Of a stretch of 64,000 nt of DNA, positions 27,083 through 40,720 are shown in pieces. Both the position numbers and the translations under genes were made by a program. The stretch comes from Gnetum montanum (lineage: Eukaryota > Plantae > Gnetophyta), in NCBI GenBank assembly GCA_015680685.1, contig MNCI01003297.1, forward strand, positions 432,728-496,727, given 5' to 3'. Positions within the stretch are counted from its first letter, which is position 1, and the number at the start of each line of letters is the position of its first letter. Below the pieces are notes generated by a model that saw only the letters and a program-made list of their open reading frames with translations, was not told the DNA's origin and did not search any database.

Positions 27083-28059
27083 ATATCTTCTGAATCTGGA
27101 GCCCATCTATTAACAAATGCTAAGCTAATCTCCCGTGATTGAGTATAACTTTTATGAACTGATTCAATGTAGAGAGCTATGTGTTATTAAGTCTCTTAAT
27201 AATATCTTTAGCTTCTACTTCATTAGCACCTAATTTAGTTAATGAATTAGTTAGCTCATTTAATGTAGCTCCTTTTGTTAAACAAATTTGTTTCAACTCT
27301 AACTTCTTTTTGTTAACTTCTATCATTATTCTTGCAACTTTCATCATCATGTTATCTAGAAAATCTTTCTTATATGACCACAATGCTTTGCTTTTTTAGT
27401 AGTCATTCTAACAAAATTTTGAGCTCTATGATCCATTCAAGTAAAAATGGCTTGGTTCTTCTTTGCCTCCTTAATTTTAGCTAAAATTTCTTGCATCCAT
27501 CCTTTGTGATAGCTAAGTTCAGCAAGCAGCTCTTAAATACTAGGCTACAATAAAGAAGAGTGATCTAGAGCTTTGACCTTCTTAGCTTGTTCTAATTCCA
27601 AACTTACAATATCCAACCATTCTTCTAACTATGCCATATCATGCTCTTTATTTTCTAGTAATGACTCAATTATGGTCATACCTTTGAGTTGTTTATTTAC
27701 ATCTTTAGAGTCTTTTACTTCTCCTTAAATTGGAAATGGACTCAATGTGTACCTATTTAATTGAAAGGAGCTTCTATAATGTGTCATCCTTGGTAATGTT
27801 GTACTTAAATCTCTTCACAAAGATTGTGAAAAGCTATTCAAGGAAAGTAATGGACCCATGGGATAGCGATGTGTACCACTTAAGTGATTTTCCAATCAAA
27901 GAGTTGGAAAAGCTTCTAAGGACAATGTGGGGATAACTGGCAAATACCATAAATTCATTTCAAATGTGATTTCATGGTTTTTGAAATTGAAATTTCCATT
28001 ATACTTAGTAAATTTGGCAATGAAACCTCCTTGAGAACTTAGGTAGGTAGGATCAAAGA
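27083..28059 (-). mobile_element. Degenerate retrotransposon gag followed by a coiled-coil-rich frame (older host element)
   Basis: KYNG..HLNEF..SFSNSLIGKSLKWYTSLSHGSITFLE*LFTIFVKRF matches the Retrotrans_gag pattern FPxSLxGxAxxWYxxLxxGSIxxxxxLxxxF; coiled-coil-like ORF at 27177-27383. Confidence 0.7.
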
Positions 28060-30135
28060 TGTAACATCCCTATTAATTATCTAAAATATATCCCATAAAT
28101 AACTAATAGAGATGCTACAAAACCCTAAGGATCTAGATTTAATCTTAATTTACTAATTCAAAAGGAAACCATAAAATATATTTAAAAATTACTAATTTTA
28201 AGCTTAAATATAGTACAACAATACAGCATAGCAAAATTTTAGATTACTCACATACATAATTAAATAAAATTGTAAATAGAGAAAAATAAAAATTTGCACA
28301 ACCATAAAAAAGTAGAGATTAAAAATCTCACTAATTGCATCATAAAATAGTACACAAAATAGCAATCCCAATAACATTTATTTTACCTCAATCAAACATC
28401 TACAAATAATGACATTCAATTTTAATCTTTACCAATTAATTAATAAAATAAAAATAAAAATTAAATAAAATATTAATATATAATGAATAATATTAAATTT
28501 TATGAAACATATGGCACATGGCGAAATGAGAAATGATCCTTGCAATCTCATGGTTCAAATGGCACAAACGGTAATTACATATCTATCATACTTTATTATT
28601 TATTCACCAAAATAAGTACATGGCTCAAATACAAGGTCTTTAGTTTAAAAAAATACAAAATATGCATAAATTATTTTCTAAGTTTTGAGGGTCCATCTTG
28701 TACAAAATTGATTCACCTTTTGTTCCACATCCCTCTTCTAGTGTTTCCATGGCTACTTTGGGCACTTTACATTAAAATGCAAGAGGAGTTAGAACCCCAT
28801 AAATAAGAAAGATTATTATATTTCCCTCTTCATGGAGCATAAAGGTTCTAGGCCAAAAGTCTCACCATATGGGCTAGGTAAAGATTTTCAATAAAATATT
28901 TAAAAAAATTTTGAAGTCCCAAAATGTCACAAATTATTTAAAAATGTTTTAAAGTCTAAATATGCCACAAATTTTCTATCTAAAAGAAATTCAAAAATCC
29001 AAAGAATGTATGGTTAATCTAGGCATCTTTGAAGGCTAGATCTTAGTTAGCCTCACTACTAATAGAGATCATCAAATCTCAAAATAATCTCACTACTATC
29101 ATGATAATATTATTTAAATTATTTTAATGTCCAAAAATATTACAAATTTGTCTAGCAAAAATCCAAAGAATATATGTTTTAACTAGGCATCTCTAAATCC
29201 TAGGTCTTGGTTATCCTCACTGCCAAAGGGACTCACTAACAACTCTTTGATTAATGTCACTACTATCATTGGATTATCCTTGTGACCCCAAACAAGTCAC
29301 TCACAGGTGGGTCTTGGTAATAGCCTCACTACTAATATCCTCAATGGTTGAGGCACATGTATCATTGGACGGATAGGTCTTGACCATGCCTCACAACAAC
29401 TCCATTGGAATCAACTACTTAGTGCGATGATCTTAGAAAAATCCATAGCCTCACATCAACTTACAAATTAAAATCTAAGGTAGGAAATTCATCCAACAAT
29501 CCTTGTTCCCATGGGATGGATCCCATTAAAGAACACACCACTATTGCATGTATATAGGGGCATCTAAAATATTCGTGACTCTCACTACCAACTAAGCATA
29601 AATAGTTATACAAATATTAATATTTTATTCCAAATCCAAATGATTCTCAAAATAGCCAAATCCATGGTAGCTAAAATTCCACAAATGATTTCCAAAATAG
29701 TTAAATCCATGGCATCAAAATTCTTGCAAAATCATGGTTATGTCATGACCAATTCCAAAATATTCATAAAATATTCATAGTAGGTTGGGCAATGTTTACA
29801 CAATTCTAGAAATTCATCCAAAAGATAGAATATGGTCTAGACAAGATNTTTCTAGAAATTCATCCAAAAGATAGAATATGGTCTAGACAAGATTAAAATA
29901 CTAATTTCATTATAAAAACATGTCCAAAATGATGAAAATTTAGTAGAATTTTAGCAAAATAATTAAAATCATGGAAAAGTAGCATAAAACTAGAAAGGAG
30001 AAGGAAAGTGCACAAAATCCATTGTAAAATAGAATAAAATAGGGCAATCATACAAAAAGGAAACTAAAATAATGTAACACCCCTAGTAATTAGCTATAAA
30101 ACCCTATAAATAACTAATAGAGATGTTATGAAACC
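28060..30135. mobile_element. LTR-like sequence with TGTAACA(T/C)CC terminus (Tekay/Del-type), terminus repeated at 30073
   Basis: tgtaacatccc..ataaataactaatagagatg at 28060 and tgtaacacccc..ataaataactaatagagatg at 30073; internal (g/t)cctcact repeats at 29040-29460. Confidence 0.55.
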
Positions 30136-30149
30136 ATATGTTTTCTTCA

Positions 30150-30761
30150 ACTATGAGCTTGTGATAATCTTTATCTTCCTTACCACATGTCCTTTGTAAC
30201 CATAGCCTTTTTGCATCAGTGTTTGATCTTGTTGAGATCTGTGCCACATTACCCCTTCATTTGGAATGTTAAGGGTCTTGGTGATTAACTCTAGTGAATA
30301 AGGTATAGAGACTCCTTCGATTTTGACTGTGGCATCATCCTATATATTCTGCCAAAACTTGTACATTTCACCTACATAGCATTCACCATTGTTGGTTAGT
30401 GTGGGCCATAGAGGAGATGCTTAGAGTTGCATTTTCACTACCTCTAGAGAAAACTTTATAAATGAAAAAAAATTCAATTCCATGATGATTGTGGACATGA
30501 TAGATTTTTTTTGGATAGCCTAGAGGCATTTCAATGATAGCATGAGGCGTTGTCCTTGTTTAGGTACTATGGAACTTCTGCCTCTCCTTGGGCTAAGTGC
30601 TTTGTGGTAGGAGTTTATTGATGAATTCTATATTATTGAACCTCTTGCTCTATGTGTTCTACTTAGGGAGTTTGTTCTCCCACTTGACCTCTCCCATGAC
30701 CTCTTGGTCTTTTGCTCCCACATTGGGGAGGTCCTCCTTTTATTGATTTCTTTGAAGTCAT
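30150..30761 (-). pseudogene. Accessory ORF B (same apparent domain family), with internal stops
   Basis: MTSKKSIKGGPPQCGSKRPRGHGRG... then LWPTLTNNGECYVGEMYKFWQNI*DDATVKIEGVSIPYSLELITKTLNIPNEG. The ATG directly follows a ttgcAG acceptor. Confidence 0.55.
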
Positions 30762-30998
30762 CTGCAATCAACAAGGATTTAAAATTATTAAAGTGTTTAC
30801 ATAAATTTGTAATAGTTCTTTATCCTACTCATACCCTTGGTTAGATCAAGTTATTATCATATTATGATTATAGGGTTAGAAAATTTTTCAAAAAGAAACC
30901 CCTTAGATTTATATCATTACTTACTTATGACATTTCATAGTTATTGAAACACCACCAACTTCAGGCTTCGGCAGTCCAATGGTAGATTTGTCTAAGTG

Positions 30999-31451
30999 TC
31001 AAAAAATTGGGCAAAATTTTTCTAAGTCTGGTGTCATGTTGTGCAACGTAGACATTGTAGCACACTCCTTATTCATTTTTTCACCTACCAGTACACCTTC
31101 AGAGGGGACACCAAAGAGATCCAAAAAAAGGTCATCCATGATCTCAAAGACTACCTGCACATTGTGAACTCGCTTGTAGAAATGGTTGACCCTCTTAGAG
31201 AAAGAGTTAACTAGGGCAATCATCTCTGCTATCAGGATGTTTGGGTTCACGACCAAGAAAAGGTCCATGAGCCTAGCCCACTGAAGATTTTGGATTACCC
31301 TTGTTGGGGCCTCATTGCACAACCAATGCTCCAAGCTATCAACTTCACCATACTTGAAAAGAAGATTGGCCTCAGTGCACCCTGAGACAACCACTGTGAC
31401 CTCCCTAGACTTAGTTGTGACTACAATAAGCAAAAGTAGAATTAGTGACAT
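30999..31451 (-). pseudogene. Accessory ORF A resembling Athila env-like / putative plant transposon protein domains
   Basis: Pattern W..L...NPNILIAEMIALVNSF...VHNVQVVFEIMDDLFLDLFGVPSEG; located in the 3' part of an Athila-like element. Family assignment made by eye. Confidence 0.5.
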
Positions 31452-34400
31452 GATGGAAATATAAAATTAGGGCACCTCGTTTCCATTTCTCCCAACACGA
31501 CCCTCACACGAATTCAGGGTTAGGCTGTACGCCCGCAGACCTCTCGATGTTCCAGCCACCAACATTTTTGAATGTCACAATTATCATTTTCTTTCTTAGT
31601 ATGGCTTGAAATAGTTGGTGTGGTCCATTAGGAGGATTAACCAAGTTTTTTTTTTTTTTTGCTTAAGTTTGATCAATTAACTATAAGGTTCTCATTATCT
31701 CTTATACTTATCCTTTATGATATCTTTCGAGTGTTAGGAATTTTTAGTTATATCATGTAATGCATCAAACCACCCCCACACCCCCCCCCAGTGATTAAGT
31801 TGAGCACTCTGGGATCAACAAGGTTCAGGAATTTTGAAAATCAAAGCTACAAGAACAAATTTATGGCATTTGGAAGCTAGTGTGCAAGAGCTCTAAAAAA
31901 AGTACAAACCCTCCCTTGTTGCAAAATGAAGAAGTGAAATATTTCACTAACTCTTGCATGTATATATACTATTTTTATATGCATGACATCATAGATATGA
32001 CATTGTAGGTGCCTATGACATCGCCGTAAAAATTTTCAATTTTCTCATTGATTTCTTTGGGGAAAATGAGTCAAATGGAATGTTTGAAAGATGTGAAGCT
32101 TGTCTAGAGGGTCTTGGATCATTAATGCTGCATAATTTTTGAAAATTTGGTGTTTAAAGTTCATAAGGAAGGAATCTCATGCAATGAAAATTTATTGGAT
32201 GGATAAGAGATGGGTAATGAATTTTTTATGTATGGATAGATTGTTTGATGATATGGGAAATATTTATTGAGTCTTGATTATTCTAGAAGATACAAGATGA
32301 TGTGGAATTACTTGTCAAGTATGAAATACAAGAGTTATAAAAGTGGATCCTCCCCATAGCAGGCTCCAACCCTTAGTGTCCTTGTATAACCATGCCTAAA
32401 AGTGTCCTTAGGCACTCAAGGTATTAAATGGAAGACATACTTATCTGTAAAACACACATGTTAGTATCACTAGGATTGGGAAAATAACACTATATTACAC
32501 AAAATCATAAATTTATGATTAAATATACAATGAGGTGTGATGAACTGTAGAAAGGATTGCTAAAATTAGGATGTAAGGTGTCTTACCATAGGAATAATGA
32601 ATCCTTGTGTGTGATTTGTGGTTAGAGTAATCATTAACCCTTCTTTCCAAGATTCAAACCAAGTCCCAACCACTTTCCAATGACATTACATTGTTTCATC
32701 CCTAGGATTCACAACCATAATACTACTACTATTACAAGGAGTAATACCACTTGGTGTATTGTCCAAGGGAGGAGTTTATTTATTGCATTTTTTTTTTATA
32801 ATTTGGATTCTTGAGAAGTCACCTACCTTTAGGCATGAGTAACATTCCTTTCTAAAGCAACCCCCAGGAATTTATTCTATGCATTTTATTCCTAATTGTG
32901 TTGACCTTACTAGAGAACTACCTTAGGGCATGGCTAACATGTCTTTCCAGTGACATGGTAAGGCAACACTTATTGTACTCTTACTCCCATTTTTTGCTAG
33001 ATCTAAAAGGATATAATACTTCCTTAGCAATAAGATAGAACTCACATTAGTAATCCTAAGTGAATCCAGAAATCCCCTTGATGTCACATCCTTTGCATTC
33101 CCACTTGGTTCTTCACTCTTTTGTGTAGGCAAAATGATCGTAGGTTTATTCTTAATTTTATTATGAGAAGAATATCATTATGGCCATGATAAGAACCTCT
33201 TATTATTAGAATGGGTGGATGGATGTTATGGTCTCATTGTATAGGTAATCAGTCCCTTATGATTTAAGAATATAGAGAAATCTTCACCTCTTTGGGACTA
33301 CATCTTGCTTTATTCAGTGTGTTTCATTAACAATTGACAAAAATATATACAAGTTAAATGATGAAAAATCATAGAAAAATGGTTAAATAAAGGAATAATT
33401 TGGAAAATATTAAAGAATATCAAAGGATTAAGAAATGAAAAAGTATAAAAGAATGAAAAGATATCAAAGAATGGGAAAAAGTATTAAGAAAAGAAAAAGG
33501 TATAACAAAAATTATAAACCAAAAATATTAGAAAACAAAAAAGTTAAAAACCACTTCTTAATTCCTAAGTCAAGATAAGGCATCTCCCCCATGATTGAAC
33601 TCATCGACAAGTGTTTGAAAAATGTACCCCAAATCCCCTAGGTCATACTCTCTAGGTTTTGTACTTACTGTCTTTAGTGAGTTTTTCTATTATTGTCCTA
33701 GATAATCTTGATGGTAATCAAATTTTTATCATTTGCGGATATATATCTTGTTGGACTAGATGGTATTTGAATCTTTAGAGGTCCAACTATAATTTCTTGT
33801 TGATTTCTAAATTAAAATTCTAAGTCCTTATTTCCTCTATTTGTTGGTGTATGATTATGGTTTAATATTTTTGTTTATCTTAGTTGGGATCATTTTCATA
33901 GAATAGAAGTTAATAAGTGGGTTAGATTTTTCCATACATGTTTTAGACAATTTTTGATCATAGGGTGTCTTTTGGTTTAGTGGCCCATGTTTCTCTTTGT
34001 TCATACATTTGTTTCTCACATCTATTGTGGGCTGGTGTAAGGATTGTATTAACATTTTGAAGTATTGGCCCACAACAACACCCTTTTTTATCATTAGTAA
34101 TGCATAGAATTCTCTACATGTGTATGGCTCCTTGCGTGTCTTCCTTAGAGATTTCTATAGATAAATCTCTCATCCCTAACTTAGCATCCATTGTGCTAAA
34201 CCATGCTCTTCCCATTATTATAGGAAATTCGTTGTCATTCTTCTTCACGTTAACCACCAAAAATTGTGCTAGATAGGACCACACATTGATATTGGTCATC
34301 ACATCTTCTATCTGTCCCAAAGAAATGGTAAAAGATTGGTCTACTAGCTCTAACCTTATATTGCACTTCATTAAGGGTGGTAGGTTCCATGCCTTGTATG

Positions 34401-37400
34401 TTTCTTGAGATATCAAAGTTACTCCAAAACCTGAGTCTAGTAGAGCCTTGCATGGTAAATTTCTAGCTACTTGTGAATAAATCAAAGAAACTCTTAGGTC
34501 TATTCTTTTCCTAGGAATTGTTCATGCCTTAATCCAATCTGATGCTATATCTGTTAGGATGATAATTTTAAGTTTCTAAGCTAATTGTTAGGGAAGCAAA
34601 GTGTTGATAGGAGGATTTATCATAGGAGAAGCTTGTCTTAATGAAATTCTAATTCTACCAACCTTTTTCAGACTTGTCTTAAAGAAAGGACATTTCTTAG
34701 ATCTTCCCTTATTATTGCTAGTATGATCCTCTATCTACACATTAACTGCCCTTATAGCTCTCTTCTACTGAGGTTGTGATGGTAGTTCTCCCTACATGAC
34801 AGGTGGTGGTATTGGTGGTTGAAGGTTGACTCAATGAACTAGTTGCTTGTTAATGCACATATGGATTGGAATCCATCCTTGGAGGTGTAGGTCTACGGTA
34901 CTCTGGTGGATAGGATTGAGGATTCTAAATTGCTACATTTCCCAAAGAGATAAGGGTCTAGTTGTTGATATGTGTACTACTCTCTTGGTGGTGACATCAC
35001 CCAAGATTGTGGTTGTAACCACTATTGATGGCACTGCTCCTATGGCTATAGGTAAGCTCCATTGGGGTATTAGGATGGTTGGAATGTCTACCAGTAGTTA
35101 CCTTAAGGGTAAGGTAATTGTTTGGGCATTTACTTTTGGATGAATCTTGGATTAAGTGCATATGCCCTTGTTTGTTGAAAATGTGTCATTATAGGCTAGC
35201 ATCCTTTGGAGTGTTCATACTAGCACACTATACAACCTTCCTCATCCTCTAAGCTCATATCAAAACATTCTCACTAAAGTCACTTTTCTTCTTTTTCTTC
35301 TTGTCTTTGCTAAAGGCCTACTTAGTTCTTTCTTTCATAATTTTCAAAGTTGTTGCAAATTTTTCATCCACTGAATCCCACATCTTTTCTACCTTGGTTA
35401 CTATATTAGTAACAAATTTTTGAATAGGTAGTGTCTTTTTCTGTATCACCTCTTCCTAGGTTTCTTCTTCTTGCTAATCACATACTCATACATCTCTTTT
35501 CTGGATAGATGGATCTCTATTATACTCTTCAACTAATTCTCTTTTCTTTAATTCATCCTCTTCCTTTGCTAATTGGTCAATGAGTCTCTAAATTTGATGG
35601 ATAATCATTTCAAATAATCCACCTTGGGCATAAACCCCAAGGGTTTCCCTAGTTTTATTCCTTAGTCCAACAATGATATGCCTAAGCTACTCCCTTTGGA
35701 AAAATTTGTGGCCTGGGCACCTATGCAAAAGAGAATAATATTTATCCATTTCAACATCAAGGGATTCATGGGTCCATTACTTCCATCCCTGGATTTGCTT
35801 CCTAAGATTGAACACCGAGAGTAGGTTTGGTATTTATCATTGAAAAGTTCAAACATGGTACTCCATCTTTTGATGGCTTTAGGTTCCAACGATTTGTATG
35901 AGCTTTATACCTCTATGATGAGTGTCCTTGGAAATAACTTTAGTTTCTACCAATCACTCTCTATGTTTTGTAGGGTACAGGCATCATGGAATGCTTGAAG
36001 GTGGTGTTGTAGATCTACATTATATCCACCCTCGAATCTAGACATGTTGTTCATGTCTAGCTACTTAATGCAGCTATCCCTTATGTGCTTGATTGGAATG
36101 TAGACAACTTTCCTTATATTTATCATGCTATGAGTAGCCAATAGGAGTTTTTCATGATCAAAGGATTCATATGCTCAGTTGTAGTGGTGCCCCCTTTGGT
36201 ACTCATACCTCTCTCTCTTTTCACATCTATCCCTATTTCTTCGTGGTTCATGTTCTTCATCTTCCTCATTAGAATGTCTTAGGTGATAGTCATGTCGATC
36301 ATAGGTCTAACATCTTTCCCTTTCATGGTCTCTATACCTTTTTTTTTCCCTTCAATTAGAGTCCACCAATGATCATGAGGATGATGATAAAGTAGTGGGA
36401 GAAGAATGCTAGCTAGTTCTCCTTCTATGATTCTGGTATTCATTCCTTTGTGATCCAGCAAAAGCTCTTGTCCTTGAGCCTTGCTTGTACTTAGAGACTG
36501 TTACTTCTATTTTGATTGTCTCTACTAAGGTTGAATGTAACTACACTTTTGACAAGTTCTTTTGGGTGAATAATAGATGTTTGAAAATTGACTTCATGAT
36601 CTTGATGGAGTTTCCCTGCTATAAATGCATTATCATCAAGTACTTCCAAGACAATAGGAGAGTTAACCTACTTTTCCTTATTATGCATATGTTTGGTTTC
36701 TATAGTAGCATCTATTCATACATGTGCCTTTATGGGTTGGTAGGGTATTGTCATGTGCTTAGTCACATGGTACGCTTCTTGCACATGACTCAAATTCATT
36801 CCTCTTAAAGTTATCTAAAGCATGGTAAGTGCTAAACACTCTAAAGGTAGAATAATGTTTCCCTGTAGGTTTCTGCACCTCACCTATCCATCTTGGTGAA
36901 AGATGAATGTAAAATCAAGATAGTAGGGTCATTGTGAGCATATGAGATTCTTATTCATATAGGCATACTCTAGTCTTCATTGTCATTTATTCTATCATTG
37001 TCACTTTGTATCTCTTTTGTAGGTGATAGTTTTTCTTTAGTTGAAGCCATGTTATAACTGTGATGCTTGGTTAAGTATGTGTAATTAGAATGATTTGAAG
37101 ATTATAAAAATTAACTCTTTAGTTCTTGATACAACAAACTTTGTAAAATTAATTACTTAGCACACACTAACACATCCCCAACAATGGCACCAATGATGAA
37201 CGATGGAGTATCCCAACACTCTACCATACAAGTTACAAGCACTAGCATGCTACTAGATTGTAATCCTCTGATAGACAATATTATTATGCTAGTAATTAAG
37301 GTTAAGTTTGTGATTGCTATCTTTCCACTTTGAGTTAGTGAAGTTCAAATGTATGGTTTAGCTCTTAGTGAGGTGTATGATTAACTAATGTTGTCTCATC

Positions 37401-37849
37401 CCTTAATGCTCCTAATTGTAAAAATGATGAAATAAATTCTAAGTCTACTTAATTAAGAAAACATAAATCTATTGTAGCCTAATGCAATGGACATCCATTC
37501 CTAATTTATCATTCATGCCTTGGATTTATGTAGCTATCACTAGGATTACCAAGTCGAATTACTATTGGGCAAACCAAGCAACACCACTATTGGGTTACCA
37601 AATAACTACACTTAGCACTCGAAACTAGTCATATCCATACCACTTACTAAAAATGTGTAAAGTAAAGTGTTAAGGTATGAAAATAGCAAAAAAATATGCT
37701 AAGTGAAAAAATAGAAAAATAAGGGAATGCTGCAATGATGTAAAGTAATCTTAATCTATATTTTTATCATAAAGTGTACCCAAGTACAATTCACTTGAAT
37801 AAAGACATCATTCAACTGCCAAACATCACACTACATGCATTCGCTCTAT

Positions 37850-40037
37850 CACTAAGTCTATGAGAAGTTGACTACTATCTTTGACGAGTTAGTGGCCAAT
37901 TCCAAGACATACACCATTTAGAAGGACTTGGTCCAAACACATCATGATAATGCAATTTTGATCGTAGAAAACCATTGTCTGTAGAATGTTGATGTGCAAA
38001 AGCAATAGATGCAAGATTTTATCCATCCACAACAGGGGCAACTACCTAGAGTAAATAATGAATTGATTAGATTGATAGCTAAAAATGAAAATCTCTCCAT
38101 GAAGGAAGTTTGTGCCCTTCACCAAAAGTCTATGATAGATATAGCCATCTAGAAAAATGAGGCTTTCAAAATTGAAAGATTTAAGAACCATTACAGGGAT
38201 CAAGTTGGTCTATAGAAAGAAATCAATGAAAAGCATATCCAGATGGTGAAGGTAAAAATCAATGAAGTCCTCTAGCAGCTCAAGGAAGGAGGTGATGTCT
38301 AGCAACCTATCTTTGATGGGCTCAATGACTACAAGCAAGCAGAGATCCACATGAAAGGGCTATAGATCAAGGAGATGATGGAGTACATGGAGCTTGCCAA
38401 TCTCTATTATGCAAATTTGGTGATGCTGACTATTAATAGGCCATGGTTAGAATTGGAGAAATAAGTGGTTAGCTCATACTTGTTATACAAGGTAGAGTTT
38501 AATCATCACAAAGACATCAAGTAGAAGCTTGAGATTGTGAATGCCAAATTCAAGGTTCACAAGGTAAAGTTCACTGATCAACAATCAACTACTCATAACC
38601 TAGCCAAGCAAATGAATGACTACCATGAGCTATACAATGCACTCAGATCATTCGATATTGAACAAAAATCGTTTGCTACTTGGTTTGTGAATGTTAAGGA
38701 GTTGTTCCCTACAATGTCTTTTCTATGGGATATTCCCATTCCAGCCCACAGTGCCAAAGATGTGTGGACTGTCAATGATCCCCCAAGTAAAGAGGAGAAG
38801 ATGAAGGCACTGTTGAACACCTTTTGTTTTCCACCAAAAGTTGTAGCTGTTGTAAAACAACCACAACTAAGTTAACTGATGCATGCACCCGAAGCAAGAG
38901 AAGAGCCTTCAAATCCTCAGGAGCCTCCACCACCTAGGATTATTTGATCTTCTCCAATGTCTTCACACCATCTAAGAAATTATGTTTGTTACTTTTGTCC
39001 TGGTGCTCAATTTTGTTGTCCTAAATACCAAAATTTTGTAATCAATGTAAAACCATACAATCAGGCACTTAGTTTTTGTTGTGTTCTTTATGTGCTTGTG
39101 TTGTCAATCAATAATTCCATACCTTCCCAAATTTTGTAAAGAACTCAAGGATAAGTTATCATTTAGTCATGGGGATATGATGAAATGTCATGGTTTGGTC
39201 GCATCGACAGGATCTTATCGATGTGACCTTGTCAACATAGGATTTGACCCGTTGATGTGTACCTGTTGATGGGGTACCCTATTTTACCTATAAATGTGTA
39301 CCTTCTACCACATTTATGGTACTTGCTTTCATAAGTTGTAGTAAAGCTCTAGTAGTTTTTCTTCCCAAAAGTTACAATATTTTCTAAGTGCCCAAAGTAC
39401 GAGTCAAAGAGTATACAAATCTTTATTCGAGCATTATTGTACTTGAGCATTGCAGTATTTGTGGTAATAAAGATGAGCTTTTTGATAAACCTTGTAACAC
39501 TTTGAAATAGATTAATTATTTCCTTTATGCATTTAATATTTTAAGCAATTGAATTAAATGTTTTAAGTAATTAAAGTAATTAATTAAGATATATTAAATA
39601 GTAAACATAAGCACAACCAGTTCGAGCATACATGTAACACTTGGTAATCCCAGTAACGGTGAATGTTTGGTAACCCAGTAGCATTATAGGTGTTCAAGAT
39701 GTGTATGACAAGTGGGATCATATGCTTATTTTAGGATTAGTTAAGTGTTAGCTAGTTGATTAGATTAATTTAGTAATTAAATACCTTTACTCTTTATTCT
39801 TTATCTTTAGGAGACTTAGAACATAAAAAGAAAAAAATGATAAAAATCATATACCTTAGTTATACTTAACCATACCCTTGTACTCACAAGTGTAACTGGG
39901 AAGACAATAATTGCAATAGTTGATTCACCTCCTAGATCAGTGTATGTTAAAACCTAAAAGTCATTGAAATTTGACTGGATTGTGCATAACGCTTATGATT
40001 CATATGGTTGGGCTTAGGGTCTATTCACTACTCATTA
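37850..40037 (+). mobile_element. 3' fragment of a third, opposite-orientation Athila-like element: decayed coiled-coil ORF, PPT and 3' LTR (39178-40037)
   Basis: ggggata then TGATGA at 39178. End ...tatggttgggcttagggtctattcactactcatta is the reverse complement of the family LTR terminus. Twin ttggtaa(t)cccagt motif. Decayed ORF ~37900-38875. Confidence 0.75.
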
Positions 40038-40059
40038 GATGACATCATGTAAATGATTC

Positions 40060-40596
40060 TTAAACTAGCTAATTTCCAACAACATTTCATAAAATGATTG
40101 AGACGTTTCCTCTGCCTTAGCTGAATACTTTGAAATTTTTTTTATGACAACATACTTATCTAATGTAGGTTGGAAATCTATGTTTGCCCTCCATGTATGC
40201 AAGACCATCCTGTTATGAACATTGAGTCTAGAATCATTTCTTTAGGGCACATAACTTATCTCATTACTATTAATTAAATCTATAGAAAGGTTTGATTTTT
40301 GACATAGTGGCTATGACACATTATACCTATATATTAAAATTCAATAGTAAGATATGTATTAATATGAAAAGATGTAGTGCAATGCAACTCTAATAGTCAA
40401 GTAAACATAAAATATATAAAAATCTATAAATGTTATACTTGCATACTTCTCTTCCATTAAGTTTACATAAGTAGGCCCTTGCTTTGCAAATAGCATGATG
40501 TTGAACAACATTTAAGAGTTCACTATAATCATAGTTAAGATCCATAATTTGAAGTTGATTAGCAATCAACTCACACAAATTCCTTAACACATTCAA
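40060..40596 (-). mobile_element. Helitron-like (Helitron2/Helentron-type) Rep domain remnant
   Basis: DYSELLNVVQHHAICKARAYLCKLNGREVCKY, then RNDSRLNVHNRMVLHTWRANIDFQPTLDKYVVIKKISKYSAKAEE (40241-40107, translated by hand). This is the RND..LN.HN..WRAN.D.QP..(Y)I.KY..K.E Rep motif-3 region. Confidence 0.8.
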
Positions 40597-40720
40597 TCTT
40601 GGAGCCTACAATTGATGAAAAGATTTAATTTTTAACAACAAATACCATTGGTAAATATATAACATAATGCTGAAAATTACGATATGAAATGCAAATTCAT
40701 ATTCAAGAATAAGTTATGAA

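Larger units (their letters stand above)
30140..37845 (-). mobile_element. Second Athila-like element: partial 5' LTR (37194-~37845), PBS, gag, protease, no RT/RH/INT, two accessory ORFs; no 3' LTR seen
   Basis: TGATGA terminus at 37194; PBS TGGTGCCATTGTTGGGGA; gag (~36100-35150) homologous to 25150-24180; AP ALLDSGFGVTLI..PIIMGRAWF (34114-34485). Confidence 0.85.

Noticed and set aside
29804-29893. Perfect 44-bp direct repeat
   Set aside because: The copies flank the single N at 29848, so this is most likely a contig-overlap assembly artefact.
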